A DNA stretch of 53,769 nt from Verrucomicrobiales bacterium (GTDB lineage: Bacteria; Verrucomicrobiota; Verrucomicrobiia; Verrucomicrobiales; SLCJ01), in assembly GCA_046075565.1 (NCBI GenBank), contig JBJTQJ010000090.1, positions 1 to 53,769 on the forward strand, read 5' to 3'. Each line of letters begins with the position of its first letter. Position 1 is the stretch's first letter. Of this stretch, positions 9,672 to 21,373 are shown one piece after another. The position numbers and the translations under genes are program-made. Below the pieces are notes generated by a model. That model was not told where the DNA came from. It ran no database searches and saw only the letters and a list, made by a program, of their open reading frames with translations.

Positions 9672-10535
9672 TCAGCTGCCGATGGGGTGCCAGACGGTCT
9701 TGGCTTCGGTGGTATCCCGGATGGAGTAGGGGGAGTCGTGGGCTGAATTGGCCCAGTCCTGCGCCGGGGCGTGGAGGCGGACCCGGCGCACGGCGGCGGC
9801 TGCTCCGCGTTCCAGATTGGCGGCGTCCTCGCCGTCGAGAGCGGCCACAACCGCCCGGATGTGTTCGTGGGTGGCGAAGGTGGGCAGCAGGTCGGCGCGG
9901 GTGCCGGTGAGCAGATTCAGCACTCCGCCGGGCAGGTCGCTGGTGGCGAGCATCTCCCCCAGCAGGATGGCCGGATATGGGCGGCTCGGCGAAGCGAGGG
10001 CGACCACGGCATTCCCGCCGGTGATGGCGGGGAGGCAGAGGGTGAGTAGTGCGAGCAGGGGGGACGAGTCCGGGGCGACGACACCAACCACGCCAAGCGG
10101 TTCGGTGATGGTGAAATTGAAATGCGAGGTGGCAACCGGGTTCACCGAGCCGAGGATTTGCTCGTATTTGTCGGCCCAACCTGCGAAATGAACGATGCGC
10201 TCGATGGATCTTGTCACTTCGCGGCGGCCGGCCTCGGCGGGGGTGCCGTCGATGGCGAGTGCCCCGGCCATTTCGGAGGCGCGGGCCTCGAGCATTTCCG
10301 CGAGGCGGTAGAGGATCTGGGCGCGGTTGTAGGGACTGCGGCGCGACCAGCCGGCTCCGGCTTTGGCGGCGGCTTCCACGGCATTACGTAGATCCTTTTT
10401 CGTGCAGAGAGGGATGTTGCAAAGAAACGAGCCATCGCTCTCGTGGAGCGGGGCGACGCGTCCGGATTCGGAGCGGATGAAGGCGCCGCCGACATAACAT
10501 TTCGGCGTCTTGGTGATGGCGAGGCGGGTCGTCAT
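9672..10535 (-). CDS. Short aldehyde dehydrogenase-family protein (NAD-binding domain only)
   Basis: 287 aa, KTPKCYVGGAFIRSESGR, RAQILYRLAEMLE, EPLGVVGVV, LPGGVLNLLTG; lacks ELGG and catalytic Cys region. Confidence 0.85.
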   Translation of the reverse strand: MTTRLAITKTPKCYVGGAFIRSESGRVAPLHESDGSFLCNIPLCTKKDLRNAVEAAAKAGAGWSRRSPYNRAQILYRLAEMLEARASEMAGALAIDGTPAEAGRREVTRSIERIVHFAGWADKYEQILGSVNPVATSHFNFTITEPLGVVGVVAPDSSPLLALLTLCLPAITGGNAVVALASPSRPYPAILLGEMLATSDLPGGVLNLLTGTRADLLPTFATHEHIRAVVAALDGEDAANLERGAAAAVRRVRLHAPAQDWANSAHDSPYSIRDTTEAKTVWHPIGS

Positions 10536-10575
10536 GGCAGGAGGTGGCGGGTGGTTAGCCTAGATGGGAAAATGG

Positions 10576-10739
10576 AACCACGAATTGACACGATGCCCGA
10601 AGGGCAGGGCCTTATCATGGGCACGAATTTTTAAAGGGTTGTGATGAAAGTAGCTTCCCTGGCAAGTGAGTTGGACTCGTTGAATGAATTATTGATCTTC
10701 ATTTTTCTAATTTGTGTGTATTCGTGTCCATTCGTGGTT
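10576..10739. repeat. AT-rich insert bounded by imperfect inverted repeats built of 10-nt CACGAA units (MITE-like)
   Basis: Left AACCACGAATTGACACGA (10576-10593) matches the reverse complement of right TCGTGTCCATTCGTGGTT (10722-10739) at 17/18; interior much more AT-rich than flanks. Confidence 0.75.
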
Positions 10740-10746
10740 TTCCGGG

Positions 10747-12225
10747 TCATACGAGGCGGGCGTATTCGAGCAATCCGTGGCGGCCGCCTTCGCGTCCAAA
10801 GCCGGATTCCTTGTATCCTCCGAAAGGCGAGGAGGGGTCGAATTTGTTATACGTGTTTGCCCAGACGACACCGGCCTTGAGCGAGGCCGCCATCTTCAGG
10901 ATACGCGAACCTTTGTCGGTCCATACTCCGGCACTGAGCCCGTAGTTCGTGTTATTGGCTTTTTCGATGGCTTCCTCGGGTGTGCGGAAGGTGAGGATGG
11001 AGAGCACCGGCCCGAAGATTTCCTCGCGGGCGACCCGATGGCTCATGGTCACTCCGGTGAAGAGGCTGGGCGCGTGGTAGAAGCCCTGCCGGGGCAGACG
11101 GCAGGCCGGTTGCCAAAGGTCGACACCTTCTTTCACGCCGCTGCCGACGAGTTCGCGGATGCGGGCGAGTTGTTCGGCCGAGTTGATGGCTCCGATGTCG
11201 GTGTTTTTGTCGAGAGGATCCCCGGTGCGCAGCGTGGAGATGCGGCGTTTCAAGCGGGCGGTGAGATCATCCGCGATGCTTTCCTGCACGAGCATGCGCG
11301 AACCGGCACAGCAGACATGACCCTGGTTGAAAAAGATGCCATTGATGATGCCTTCGACGGCCTGTTCGATGGGCGCATCTTCGAAGACGATATTGGCGGC
11401 CTTGCCTCCAAGTTCGAGGGTGAGTTTTTTCCCGGTTCCAGCGAGGGCGTGTTGAATTTTTTTGCCCACTTCGGTCGAACCGGTGAAAGCGATCTTGGCG
11501 GCGGCGGGATGATTGACAACAGCCGCGCCCGTTTCTCCGGCGCCGGTGACGATGTTGACGACACCGGGGGGAAGTCCCGCCTCGTCGAGCAGGGTGGCGA
11601 ATTTCAAAGCGGTGATGGACGTCGTTTCCGCCGGTTTGATCACCACCGTGTTGCCGGTGGCGAGGGCGGGTGCGATTTTCCATGCCAGCATGAGCAGGGG
11701 GAAATTCCACGGGATCACCTGACCGACCACGCCGAGGGGTTCGAGATTCCGGCCGGGCGCGGCGTAGGCAAGTTTATCGGCCCATCCGGCGTGGTAGAAG
11801 AAATGTGCGGCAGCCATTGGCACATCGAAGTCGCGCGACTCGCGGATCGGCTTGCCCCCATCGAGCGTTTCCGCGACGGCGAACTCACGAGCGCGATCTT
11901 GGAGCAGGCGGGCAATGCGGAAAAGGTATTTGCCGCGTTCGGCTCCCGGCAGTTTGCTCCACGAGAGAAATGCCTTTTTCGCGGCGGCGTAGGCGGCATC
12001 GACATCGGCGGCATTGGCGAGCGGGATTTCACTGAGCTTTTTCCCGTTGCGCGGGGAAATCGAGTCAAAATACTTTCTCGATTTCGGGGCAACGTGGTTG
12101 CCTCCGATGTAGAGGGCGTAGCGGGCGGCGATATGGCCGGGCGCGGATTCCGGCGCTGGATCATATTCCCAGAGATCACCAAAGAGCAGTTCGCGGGCGG
12201 GCCGGGGGCGTTTGACGGATGGCAT
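10747..12225 (-). CDS. Aldehyde dehydrogenase (likely acetaldehyde oxidation downstream of DeoC)
   Basis: IPWNFPLL, KPAE, FTGSTEVG, LELGGK, FFNQGHVCCAGSR, EEIFGPV motifs; start chosen at MPSVKR. Confidence 0.95.
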   Translation of the reverse strand: MPSVKRPRPARELLFGDLWEYDPAPESAPGHIAARYALYIGGNHVAPKSRKYFDSISPRNGKKLSEIPLANAADVDAAYAAAKKAFLSWSKLPGAERGKYLFRIARLLQDRAREFAVAETLDGGKPIRESRDFDVPMAAAHFFYHAGWADKLAYAAPGRNLEPLGVVGQVIPWNFPLLMLAWKIAPALATGNTVVIKPAETTSITALKFATLLDEAGLPPGVVNIVTGAGETGAAVVNHPAAAKIAFTGSTEVGKKIQHALAGTGKKLTLELGGKAANIVFEDAPIEQAVEGIINGIFFNQGHVCCAGSRMLVQESIADDLTARLKRRISTLRTGDPLDKNTDIGAINSAEQLARIRELVGSGVKEGVDLWQPACRLPRQGFYHAPSLFTGVTMSHRVAREEIFGPVLSILTFRTPEEAIEKANNTNYGLSAGVWTDKGSRILKMAASLKAGVVWANTYNKFDPSSPFGGYKESGFGREGGRHGLLEYARLV

Positions 12226-12262
12226 GGCTTGGAAAAGGTTGGAGGTTCGGATGACCGGACGA

Positions 12263-13189
12263 TCAATAGCCGCCGGAGTCTTCGCTGAAGGACCAAGGGG
12301 CTTGGTAGGCACCAGTGCGCTGGGTTTCGAGTTGGCGCAGGAGATCATTGAGCAACGAGGAGGCACCGAAGCGGTAACACGTGTTGGTTAGCCAGGCGTC
12401 ACCCAAGGTCTCCTTGACCGCGATGAGGAATTGCAAGGCTTGTTTGGCCGTGCGGATTCCACCGGCCGGCTTCATGGAAATGGGAACACCGGTGGCGAGA
12501 TAATGATCGCGAATGGCTTCGAGCATGACTTGATTGTTGCCGAGGGTAGCGTTGGCGGAGGTTTTTCCGGTCGAGGTCTTGATGAAGTCCCCCGGTCGCA
12601 GCACGCGCATGGCGAGTATGGAGGCGGCGCGGATATTGTCATAAGTTTCCAACTCGCTCGTTTCGAGAATCACCTTGAGGGTCGATGCGCCGCAGGCTTC
12701 GACGACTGCGGAAATCTCGTCGCGCACCAGGTCCACCTCTCCGGCCAGAAATGCACCCCGGTTGATGACCATGTCGATCTCGTTGGCTCCATCTTCGACC
12801 GCAGCGCGCACTTCGGCGAGGCGGGTCTTCAAGGGAGCCTGACCGGAGGGAAAGGCGGTGGCAACGGAGGCGACTTTCACCCCGCTGCCCCGGACATGGC
12901 GCACGGCATGGCGGACCATCGACGGGTAAACGCAGACGGCCGCGACCCGTGCGGTATCCCCCGTGTCGTGAGGGCACATGGCCTTTTGGCACAGGGAGGC
13001 AACTTTGCCCGGCGTGTCCTTACCTTCGAGGGTGGTGAGGTCGATCATCGAAACCGCAAGCTTCAGGGCCCGGACTTTCGAGGCCTTCTTGATGCTGCGG
13101 GTTGTGTATTTGGCGACCCGCTCTTCGACGCCGACGGCGTCGACGGGGCCGGATTCCTCCAAGAGTCGCGAGAGGGCGGAGCGTGGCAT
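12263..13189 (-). CDS. deoC: Deoxyribose-phosphate aldolase
   Basis: IDLTTLEG.DT, AAVCVYP, EIDMVI, LKVILET, FIKTSTGK, KPAGGIRT, FGASSLL. Confidence 0.97.
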   Translation of the reverse strand: MPRSALSRLLEESGPVDAVGVEERVAKYTTRSIKKASKVRALKLAVSMIDLTTLEGKDTPGKVASLCQKAMCPHDTGDTARVAAVCVYPSMVRHAVRHVRGSGVKVASVATAFPSGQAPLKTRLAEVRAAVEDGANEIDMVINRGAFLAGEVDLVRDEISAVVEACGASTLKVILETSELETYDNIRAASILAMRVLRPGDFIKTSTGKTSANATLGNNQVMLEAIRDHYLATGVPISMKPAGGIRTAKQALQFLIAVKETLGDAWLTNTCYRFGASSLLNDLLRQLETQRTGAYQAPWSFSEDSGGY

Positions 13190-13276
13190 TCCGCGAATGT
13201 GACGGGATCCGGTGGAACTTGCAAGCCCGGAGAATGGCCGGGGATAGGAGTTGGTCCCCCCTGCCGTAACCTCCTC

Positions 13277-13765
13277 ATGTGGCGAAAATTCCTAACCATC
13301 TTCCTCCTTCTCGGCATCATGGACATTCCGGCGACCCAAAAACGCCCGGACGCCGTCACCATTCCCGTTTACTACCACGGTTCAGACACGGATGCGACAA
13401 TTGAGAATGTGACCGTGCCCTATGCGGTTTATTCCGCCGAACCCGAGTGGAAGGGCATGGCCATGAGTCGCCCTTACACTCCACCTGCTCTGGAAGCCAA
13501 TCACCAGCCGGGCGACGTGAATCTGCTCTCGCTTTACGGCATCACCATCAGTGCCGATCTCGTGGTTGACGAGGCAAAACGATCGTCCGGCCCGGATGTC
13601 GTCGTGACCATCGATGCCTCCAAGGCCGCCTGTCCAGATGGTTGCCCATTTTCCATCGAGGAGGTTCTCAAGGCCGCCCGGGACTGTATTCCTCTGAATG
13701 TTTCCGAAGCCGGCATGCGCCGGGTGACGGTCAAAGTGATTGAGCCGACACCCGCTGGGCCTTGA
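13277..13765 (+). CDS. Hypothetical exported protein
   Basis: ATG 13277 with N-terminal hydrophobic stretch (MWRKFLTIFLLLGI); fills the gap between deoC and the methyltransferase. Confidence 0.6.
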   Translation: MWRKFLTIFLLLGIMDIPATQKRPDAVTIPVYYHGSDTDATIENVTVPYAVYSAEPEWKGMAMSRPYTPPALEANHQPGDVNLLSLYGITISADLVVDEAKRSSGPDVVVTIDASKAACPDGCPFSIEEVLKAARDCIPLNVSEAGMRRVTVKVIEPTPAGP

Positions 13766-13796
13766 TCCAATCACGGCGTTGTGCGACCCAGTTCGC

Positions 13797-16251
<2,455 letters not shown>

Positions 16252-16325
16252 GCCCCCGGTTCGCGTATGGCTTGGCAGGTGGCGTCGTCGGCCTTGGCCG
16301 GCCACCCCGCAATGACCCGTCTTCC

Positions 16326-17213
16326 ATGAACCGCCGCCATTTCCTCCGCACCGCAGCCATCGCCGCCGCCGCTCCCATGTTTGCCCGCGCCCAGGCAGCC
16401 GCCGCACCTCTTTTCCGGCTTTCTCTGGCCCAGTGGTCACTCCACCGCGCACTTTTCAGCGGCAAACTCGATAATCTCGATTTCCCGGCTTATGCCAAGA
16501 AAGTCGGCGTCGAAGGGGTGGAATATGTGAACATCTTTTTCAAAGACCGGGCCCGGGATCAGGCCTATTTGACCGAGTTGAAAAAGCGCTGCACCGACAA
16601 TGGCATCCAGAGCGTGTTGATCATGTGCGACCGCGAGGGTGATGTCGGCGATCCCGATGAGAAGAAACGCGCCGAGGCGGTGGAAAATCACCTCCGGTGG
16701 ATCGAGGCCGCGAAGTTCCTCGGCTGCCACTCCATTCGGGTCAATGCCCGCTCCAGCGGCTCGCCCGAAGAGCAACACAAACTCGTGGTTGACGGACTCA
16801 GCCGCCTTGGCGAAGCCGCCAAACCCCATGATATTGGTGTGATCGTCGAAAATCACGGTGGTCTCTCCTCCGATGGAGCATGGTTGGCCGGCACACTCAA
16901 GGCCGTCGGTATGGAAAGCGTCGGAAGCCTCCCCGACTTCGGCAATTTCCACGACTACGACCGCTATCAGGGTATTGAAGATCTCATGCCCTACGCCAAA
17001 GGCGTGAGTGCCAAATCACATGAGTTCGATGCGGCCGGCAATGAAACCAAGACGGATTACGAGCGCGCGATGCGCCTCGTGCTCCAGGCCGGCTACCGCG
17101 GCTTTGTCGGCATCGAATACGAAGGCTCTGGCAAATCCGAAGACGACGGCATTATCGCCACGCGCGATCTCTTGATCAAACTCAAAGAGAAACTCGCCGG
17201 CGAGTTCAAGTGA
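16326..17213 (+). CDS. Tat-exported sugar phosphate isomerase/epimerase (AP endonuclease 2 TIM barrel)
   Basis: MNRRHFLRTAA Tat motif; SLAQWSLHR, VENHGG, LPDFGNF, GIEYEG. Confidence 0.88.
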   Translation: MNRRHFLRTAAIAAAAPMFARAQAAAAPLFRLSLAQWSLHRALFSGKLDNLDFPAYAKKVGVEGVEYVNIFFKDRARDQAYLTELKKRCTDNGIQSVLIMCDREGDVGDPDEKKRAEAVENHLRWIEAAKFLGCHSIRVNARSSGSPEEQHKLVVDGLSRLGEAAKPHDIGVIVENHGGLSSDGAWLAGTLKAVGMESVGSLPDFGNFHDYDRYQGIEDLMPYAKGVSAKSHEFDAAGNETKTDYERAMRLVLQAGYRGFVGIEYEGSGKSEDDGIIATRDLLIKLKEKLAGEFK

Positions 17214-17297
17214 GGATCCGGGGCGCCTCAGTCCGCCGTGGTTAGCGCACGACGTCCTAGTCGCGGCCGAAATTGTGCCCGGGCTTCCGCTTCCCTA

Positions 17298-18401
17298 TCA
17301 ATCCAGCTTGCGCGATGGTGCTGCCGGTGGTGTGGGCTGGCCGCCAGGTTTAGGCGGCGGAGGTTGCTCGAGGTTGTTGACCGTGAACTCCAGTCGCTCT
17401 TGGTAAAAGTTGTTGGTGTCGATTTCCCATCCGCAGGGCACGAGCATTTGGTCGGCGATTTCCCGGGCCTTGATGTAGGTGGCGAAGCTGTTGGGATGAA
17501 CCTTGAAAATGACCACCGAACGGGGCGTGCGTTTGATATAGTCGCAGATGTTATGGAAGCGGCCCTTGGGTTCATCAAGGTCCGAGAGCGTGGCATCGCC
17601 TTGCTCAGAATCGAAGGTCACCCGGAAATTCAGCCTGTTCCATGGTTTGTTGTAAGGAACAGAGATGCTCTGTTTGCGGACCTTCAGGTTTTTCTTCTCG
17701 AAATGCTGCACGATCTTTTCCTGGTCGTAAACCCGGACGTCCGGCTTGTTGGGGATTCTCTTCAATTCGCGGAACCAATTCCGATCGTTGAACTTGAATT
17801 CGTCCAGCACCATGGTGCGGGCTTGTTGGGAATCGATCAGGTGGATCTGCTCTTTGAAAGTGTGGATGTAGAAGATCACCGCCGAGTCCGGTATCTCGCG
17901 GCTATTCGGGATTTTTACGACCGTCGGTTCGGGAGCTTTCGGCACGGGGGTTTGATCCAACAGGGCCTTGATGCGGCTGATTTCTGCGAGGATGACTTCG
18001 GTCTTCTTCTGCTCTGCGGTCTCGACTTTCTTTTCCGCGTCCACTTTTTTCCTGAGCTCGGACAGCTCGAGCAGCGCTGTTTTGTTATCCTCGATGGATT
18101 TCTCCAAAAGCGAGAGGTCGGCCCGGATGGCGGCAATTTCGTGTTCCGTGGGCTTGGGCGCTTTGAATAAGTCCTGTTGCCGCACGAGCTGCGCGGCCAG
18201 CTCGTTTTTCTGTTCCTTCGCGGCCGCGATTTCCCCGGGTGTGGCAGGCGTCAGATCGTCGAAGAATTTTTCGACGGTATTCTTCACGTCCAATTGCAGA
18301 AGGATGAGAATCACGATGAGCACCGCCACCACGTTGGTCAAGGCGTCCATGAGCGAGTCCATGCTCACGCCTTGTTCATCGGATGTTTTTCTGCGGCCCA
18401 T
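17298..18401 (-). CDS. Single-TM coiled-coil protein, divergent ExbD/MotB-like (Asp-bearing)
   Basis: Basic N-terminus, SMDSLMDALTNVVAVLIVILILL, long coiled coil, C-terminal alpha/beta domain; third gene after ExbB-like gene. Confidence 0.65.
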   Translation of the reverse strand: MGRRKTSDEQGVSMDSLMDALTNVVAVLIVILILLQLDVKNTVEKFFDDLTPATPGEIAAAKEQKNELAAQLVRQQDLFKAPKPTEHEIAAIRADLSLLEKSIEDNKTALLELSELRKKVDAEKKVETAEQKKTEVILAEISRIKALLDQTPVPKAPEPTVVKIPNSREIPDSAVIFYIHTFKEQIHLIDSQQARTMVLDEFKFNDRNWFRELKRIPNKPDVRVYDQEKIVQHFEKKNLKVRKQSISVPYNKPWNRLNFRVTFDSEQGDATLSDLDEPKGRFHNICDYIKRTPRSVVIFKVHPNSFATYIKAREIADQMLVPCGWEIDTNNFYQERLEFTVNNLEQPPPPKPGGQPTPPAAPSRKLD

Positions 18402-18419
18402 GGTTGAAAAGATGTCGCT

Positions 18420-19238
18420 TTACTTGCGGATGAAGAGGGAGAGGTCGATTTCGCCATCGGTGGGAACGGGCAACTTTCCGATGCGGAGATTGAATTTGGT
18501 CTCGGCGAGGCCTCCCGCGTCGCGGAAGCTGATCTGGCCGTCCTTGCGGATCAAGAACAGCACGAGATGGTCGCGCGCGGACTTCGTCTCGTTGAAAACC
18601 CCGGCCAACCGGCTGTCGGTGGCGATGGCGGCGGATGCGATGGGCAATTTCTTCCCCGATGAATCGAGCAGCACGATGCCGGCCGCGTTGCATTCGACAA
18701 ATGCCAGTTTGGTGTTGGCCGAGATGCCGGAACCAGCCGGGTTGATGCGCACTGGCTGCGGTTTGGTATCCGGTTTGATCTTTCGTTTCTCCAGCTCCGC
18801 CTTGAGCGCGGCGAGTTCTTTTTCCAGAGTGGGGCGTTCCTTCCGCAGGGAGGCAATCTGCGTGAGGATCAGCTCGAGCATCTTCTGGAGCACGCTGTCC
18901 GTCTCCTTGGGATTGGCATCCTTGTCGGCGAGTTGCTGGCGGAGGATGATGCGTTTGTTTTCCAATTCGCTGACTTCGACGAGCGCGGCATTCCGTTCCT
19001 TGAGCATGGCTTTGGTCTTCTCGATCTCCGCCTTTTGCTTCTTGATGTCCGCGCGCAACTGCTGGTGTTCCTTCGCCCGGGCCAGCTCGGCCGGGTCGCG
19101 TTCATTATCCGGCGGCTTCTGGGTGTCGCTGATGATTTTGATCACCATCGTGAGAATGCCGATGAGACAAGCCAGAATGCTCAAGAACGGGAACAGGGAA
19201 ACCCCGGTTCCGGCGGCACTGGATTGGCGGCGTGACAT
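18420..19238 (-). CDS. Single-TM coiled-coil protein, divergent ExbD-like (no TM Asp)
   Basis: MSRRQ..VSLFPFLSILACLIGILTMVI resembles the ExbD TM but lacks Asp; coiled coil; C-terminal LVLFLIRKDG. Confidence 0.65.
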   Translation of the reverse strand: MSRRQSSAAGTGVSLFPFLSILACLIGILTMVIKIISDTQKPPDNERDPAELARAKEHQQLRADIKKQKAEIEKTKAMLKERNAALVEVSELENKRIILRQQLADKDANPKETDSVLQKMLELILTQIASLRKERPTLEKELAALKAELEKRKIKPDTKPQPVRINPAGSGISANTKLAFVECNAAGIVLLDSSGKKLPIASAAIATDSRLAGVFNETKSARDHLVLFLIRKDGQISFRDAGGLAETKFNLRIGKLPVPTDGEIDLSLFIRK

Positions 19239-19259
19239 AAGCGGAAACGCGCGGTGGGG

Positions 19260-20588
19260 TCAGCGGCTGAAGAAGCCCTTTTTCTGGATAACGATGGTCT
19301 GCCCGCCGAGCTGCTTGAGCAGCGCGTTGAGAGACTCGACTCCCTGGTTCAGGGCGGAGAAGTATCCGTTGAGCTGTTTGGTGGGCTCGGCGAAAGAGTC
19401 CTTGGTTTGTGAAGCGAGTTTTTGCACTGCCTCCTCGAAGGTTGATTCCACCTTTGATTGGTGGGTGTCAAGGCGGGTTTTGAGCACGTCTCCCGCGTCG
19501 CGCAGGAGGACGGAGGCTTCCTGCAACTTCACCAGGAAAACCTCGTGTGCGCGGGAAAGGGAAGCCGCGAAAGCCGGAATGTTCTCGGCCTGGGTCTTCA
19601 ACAGATCATCGGTCGTGCTCTTGGAGTCATTCAGCTTGGGCAGGAGTTTCTCCGTGCAGAAAGCGTCGATTTCCGTGAGCATGGCCTCTTCTTCCTTCTG
19701 CATGATGGCCATGGGGAACGACAAAATCATGGACAGGATGAGGCCGAGCAAGGTCGTGTCGAAGGCGACACCGAGTCCGCCGGTAAGATTGTTGATCGAA
19801 GCCTTGAGTGCCTCGGGATCGGTCGACCCCGCCGAGAGCGAACTGACCGCCGTCGATAGGCCCTGGACCGTTCCGATGAAGCCGAGGATGGGGATGGCCC
19901 AGAGGAAAACCTTGAGCAAGGTATAGGAGCCGGAGATGCGGTTGGCGTCGATGTCGGACTGCGAGCCGAGGAAGGCCGCGACCTCGCCGTTGCTGTTGCG
20001 CTTTTCGAATAGCTCGAGACCCTTGCGAATGCGGTTCACCATCAGGCTGTCGCGCAGGCGTGTTGGCAACTTGTAGATGTGATCGATGAATCCGCCCACG
20101 CTGTGCGTATTGATTTCGCTTCCCAGTTTCGCGGGCACGATGTCGAGCATCATCGCCCGGCGCTGGCGCTGGGTGCGTTTCCATTTCATGAAGATGATCA
20201 CAAATCCCCAGATGAAGAAGTGGATTTCCGCGTAATTCACCCAGCCGCGTTTGAGGAAAATATCGGAGAAATAGTTCCCGTGGAAGGGCAGCAGGGCGAA
20301 AAGAAAGACCGCCGTGACGATGGTGGCGATACCAAGGCTAACGAAGAAATTGATATTCGCATGGTCCTCTTCATGCCAACCGCCCCGTTCGCCCTGATCC
20401 TCGGCCTGACCTTGGGCTGGAGCCGCTTGGGGCCCGCTGGTGGAGGGGATGGAGGCCTTCCTTTTGGCTGTTGCAGGCAATGCGGGCACTTGGAACCGGC
20501 CATTGCAGGCCGGACACGACACGACCTTGCCGGCGTGTTCATCCTCGGTGGTCATGCTGATTTTGCAATGCGGGCACTGGAATTCCAT
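19260..20588 (-). CDS. MotA/TolQ/ExbB proton channel family protein with N-terminal Zn-ribbon
   Basis: MEFQCPHC...VSCPACNGRF; WAIPILGFIGTVQGL and LGVAFDTTLLGLILS TM motifs; helical C-terminal tail. Confidence 0.88.
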   Translation of the reverse strand: MEFQCPHCKISMTTEDEHAGKVVSCPACNGRFQVPALPATAKRKASIPSTSGPQAAPAQGQAEDQGERGGWHEEDHANINFFVSLGIATIVTAVFLFALLPFHGNYFSDIFLKRGWVNYAEIHFFIWGFVIIFMKWKRTQRQRRAMMLDIVPAKLGSEINTHSVGGFIDHIYKLPTRLRDSLMVNRIRKGLELFEKRNSNGEVAAFLGSQSDIDANRISGSYTLLKVFLWAIPILGFIGTVQGLSTAVSSLSAGSTDPEALKASINNLTGGLGVAFDTTLLGLILSMILSFPMAIMQKEEEAMLTEIDAFCTEKLLPKLNDSKSTTDDLLKTQAENIPAFAASLSRAHEVFLVKLQEASVLLRDAGDVLKTRLDTHQSKVESTFEEAVQKLASQTKDSFAEPTKQLNGYFSALNQGVESLNALLKQLGGQTIVIQKKGFFSR

Positions 20589-20716
20589 AAGCGTTTCGGG
20601 AGATTCCGAATTACAGCGCAAAATCGAACGCCCGGCAATGGAATTCGCCGGGATGCCGCCAAACCCGAAACAAATGCTGGAAATCCTCCGCCGAGACGTG
20701 CAAACTGACATTTGTC

Positions 20717-21286
20717 ATGCCCGAGACCCTCAGCCAAGCCTTGCGTGAACTTTGGAATCCGCAATACCAGCATGTGGTGCTATTGCCCTTTCTCATCCAC
20801 GGGCTGGTGCTGACGGGTTTGATGGCTTTGGGGGCGACGGTGCTCAAACAGACCCGTGCGGGTGCCTTGGCTCTCCTGCTCCTTGCGCTCTGCGCGGGGA
20901 GCGTGTTCGCTTACCTTCAGGCGCGCGGGGCGTCACTGACTGCTATCCAGGGCGCCCACACGAAGTATGAAGCTACGGAGATCGCTGCCATCGGAGAGCG
21001 GTTGCCATCGCTGGTCTGGGTTTATTATGCCGTGGCCGGACTCGCCCTCGTGGCGCTCGTAGCGGGTCTGAGCAAACCCAGCCTCCGCATGCTCTTCGGG
21101 ATTCTGGCGGGGCTTGCTGGCATAGGGGTCGGATTGTGGGGATTGGATCTCCATTATCGCGAAAGCCGGATCTACCACCCCAATCTGCTTCCTTCCTCCG
21201 TCGAGCGGCCCAATCTTCCGACCCAGAGCCCGCCTGCCGCTCCGAAAGTGCAACCGGCTCGTCCGGCTCAGCCCGGTGGTCGTTGA
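20717..21286 (+). CDS. Hypothetical membrane protein (about 4 TM)
   Basis: Four hydrophobic segments, Pro-rich tail, divergent from ExbB-like operon. Confidence 0.7.
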   Translation: MPETLSQALRELWNPQYQHVVLLPFLIHGLVLTGLMALGATVLKQTRAGALALLLLALCAGSVFAYLQARGASLTAIQGAHTKYEATEIAAIGERLPSLVWVYYAVAGLALVALVAGLSKPSLRMLFGILAGLAGIGVGLWGLDLHYRESRIYHPNLLPSSVERPNLPTQSPPAAPKVQPARPAQPGGR

Positions 21287-21373
21287 AAGTCTTCCGGCGG
21301 CGAGGATTCCATTTGCCAACGTGCCGGGATTCCGGTTCGTTCCCCCGCGACCAGAATGGTCGAAGTTCCCGTC

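Noticed and set aside
9567-10739. CRISPR array from the short repeats
   Set aside because: The repeats are inverted, few and not regularly spaced by unique spacers, and there are no cas genes.
10714-12288. 524-aa plus-strand ORF and other long antisense ORFs (14701-16170, 17968-19926, 27712-28941, 41651-43084, 33539-34678)
   Set aside because: They mirror well-supported genes on the opposite strand, as expected for GC-rich codon usage, and show no motifs.
12431-13276. N-terminal 282 aa of the 444-aa ORF 12431..13765
   Set aside because: Antisense to deoC; only the part from ATG 13277 looks like a real protein.
17298-20588. Zorya (ZorAB) anti-phage system
   Set aside because: The partners lack a recognisable OmpA-like peptidoglycan-binding domain, the tail of the channel protein is short, and no zorC/D/E-like helicase or nuclease is adjacent.
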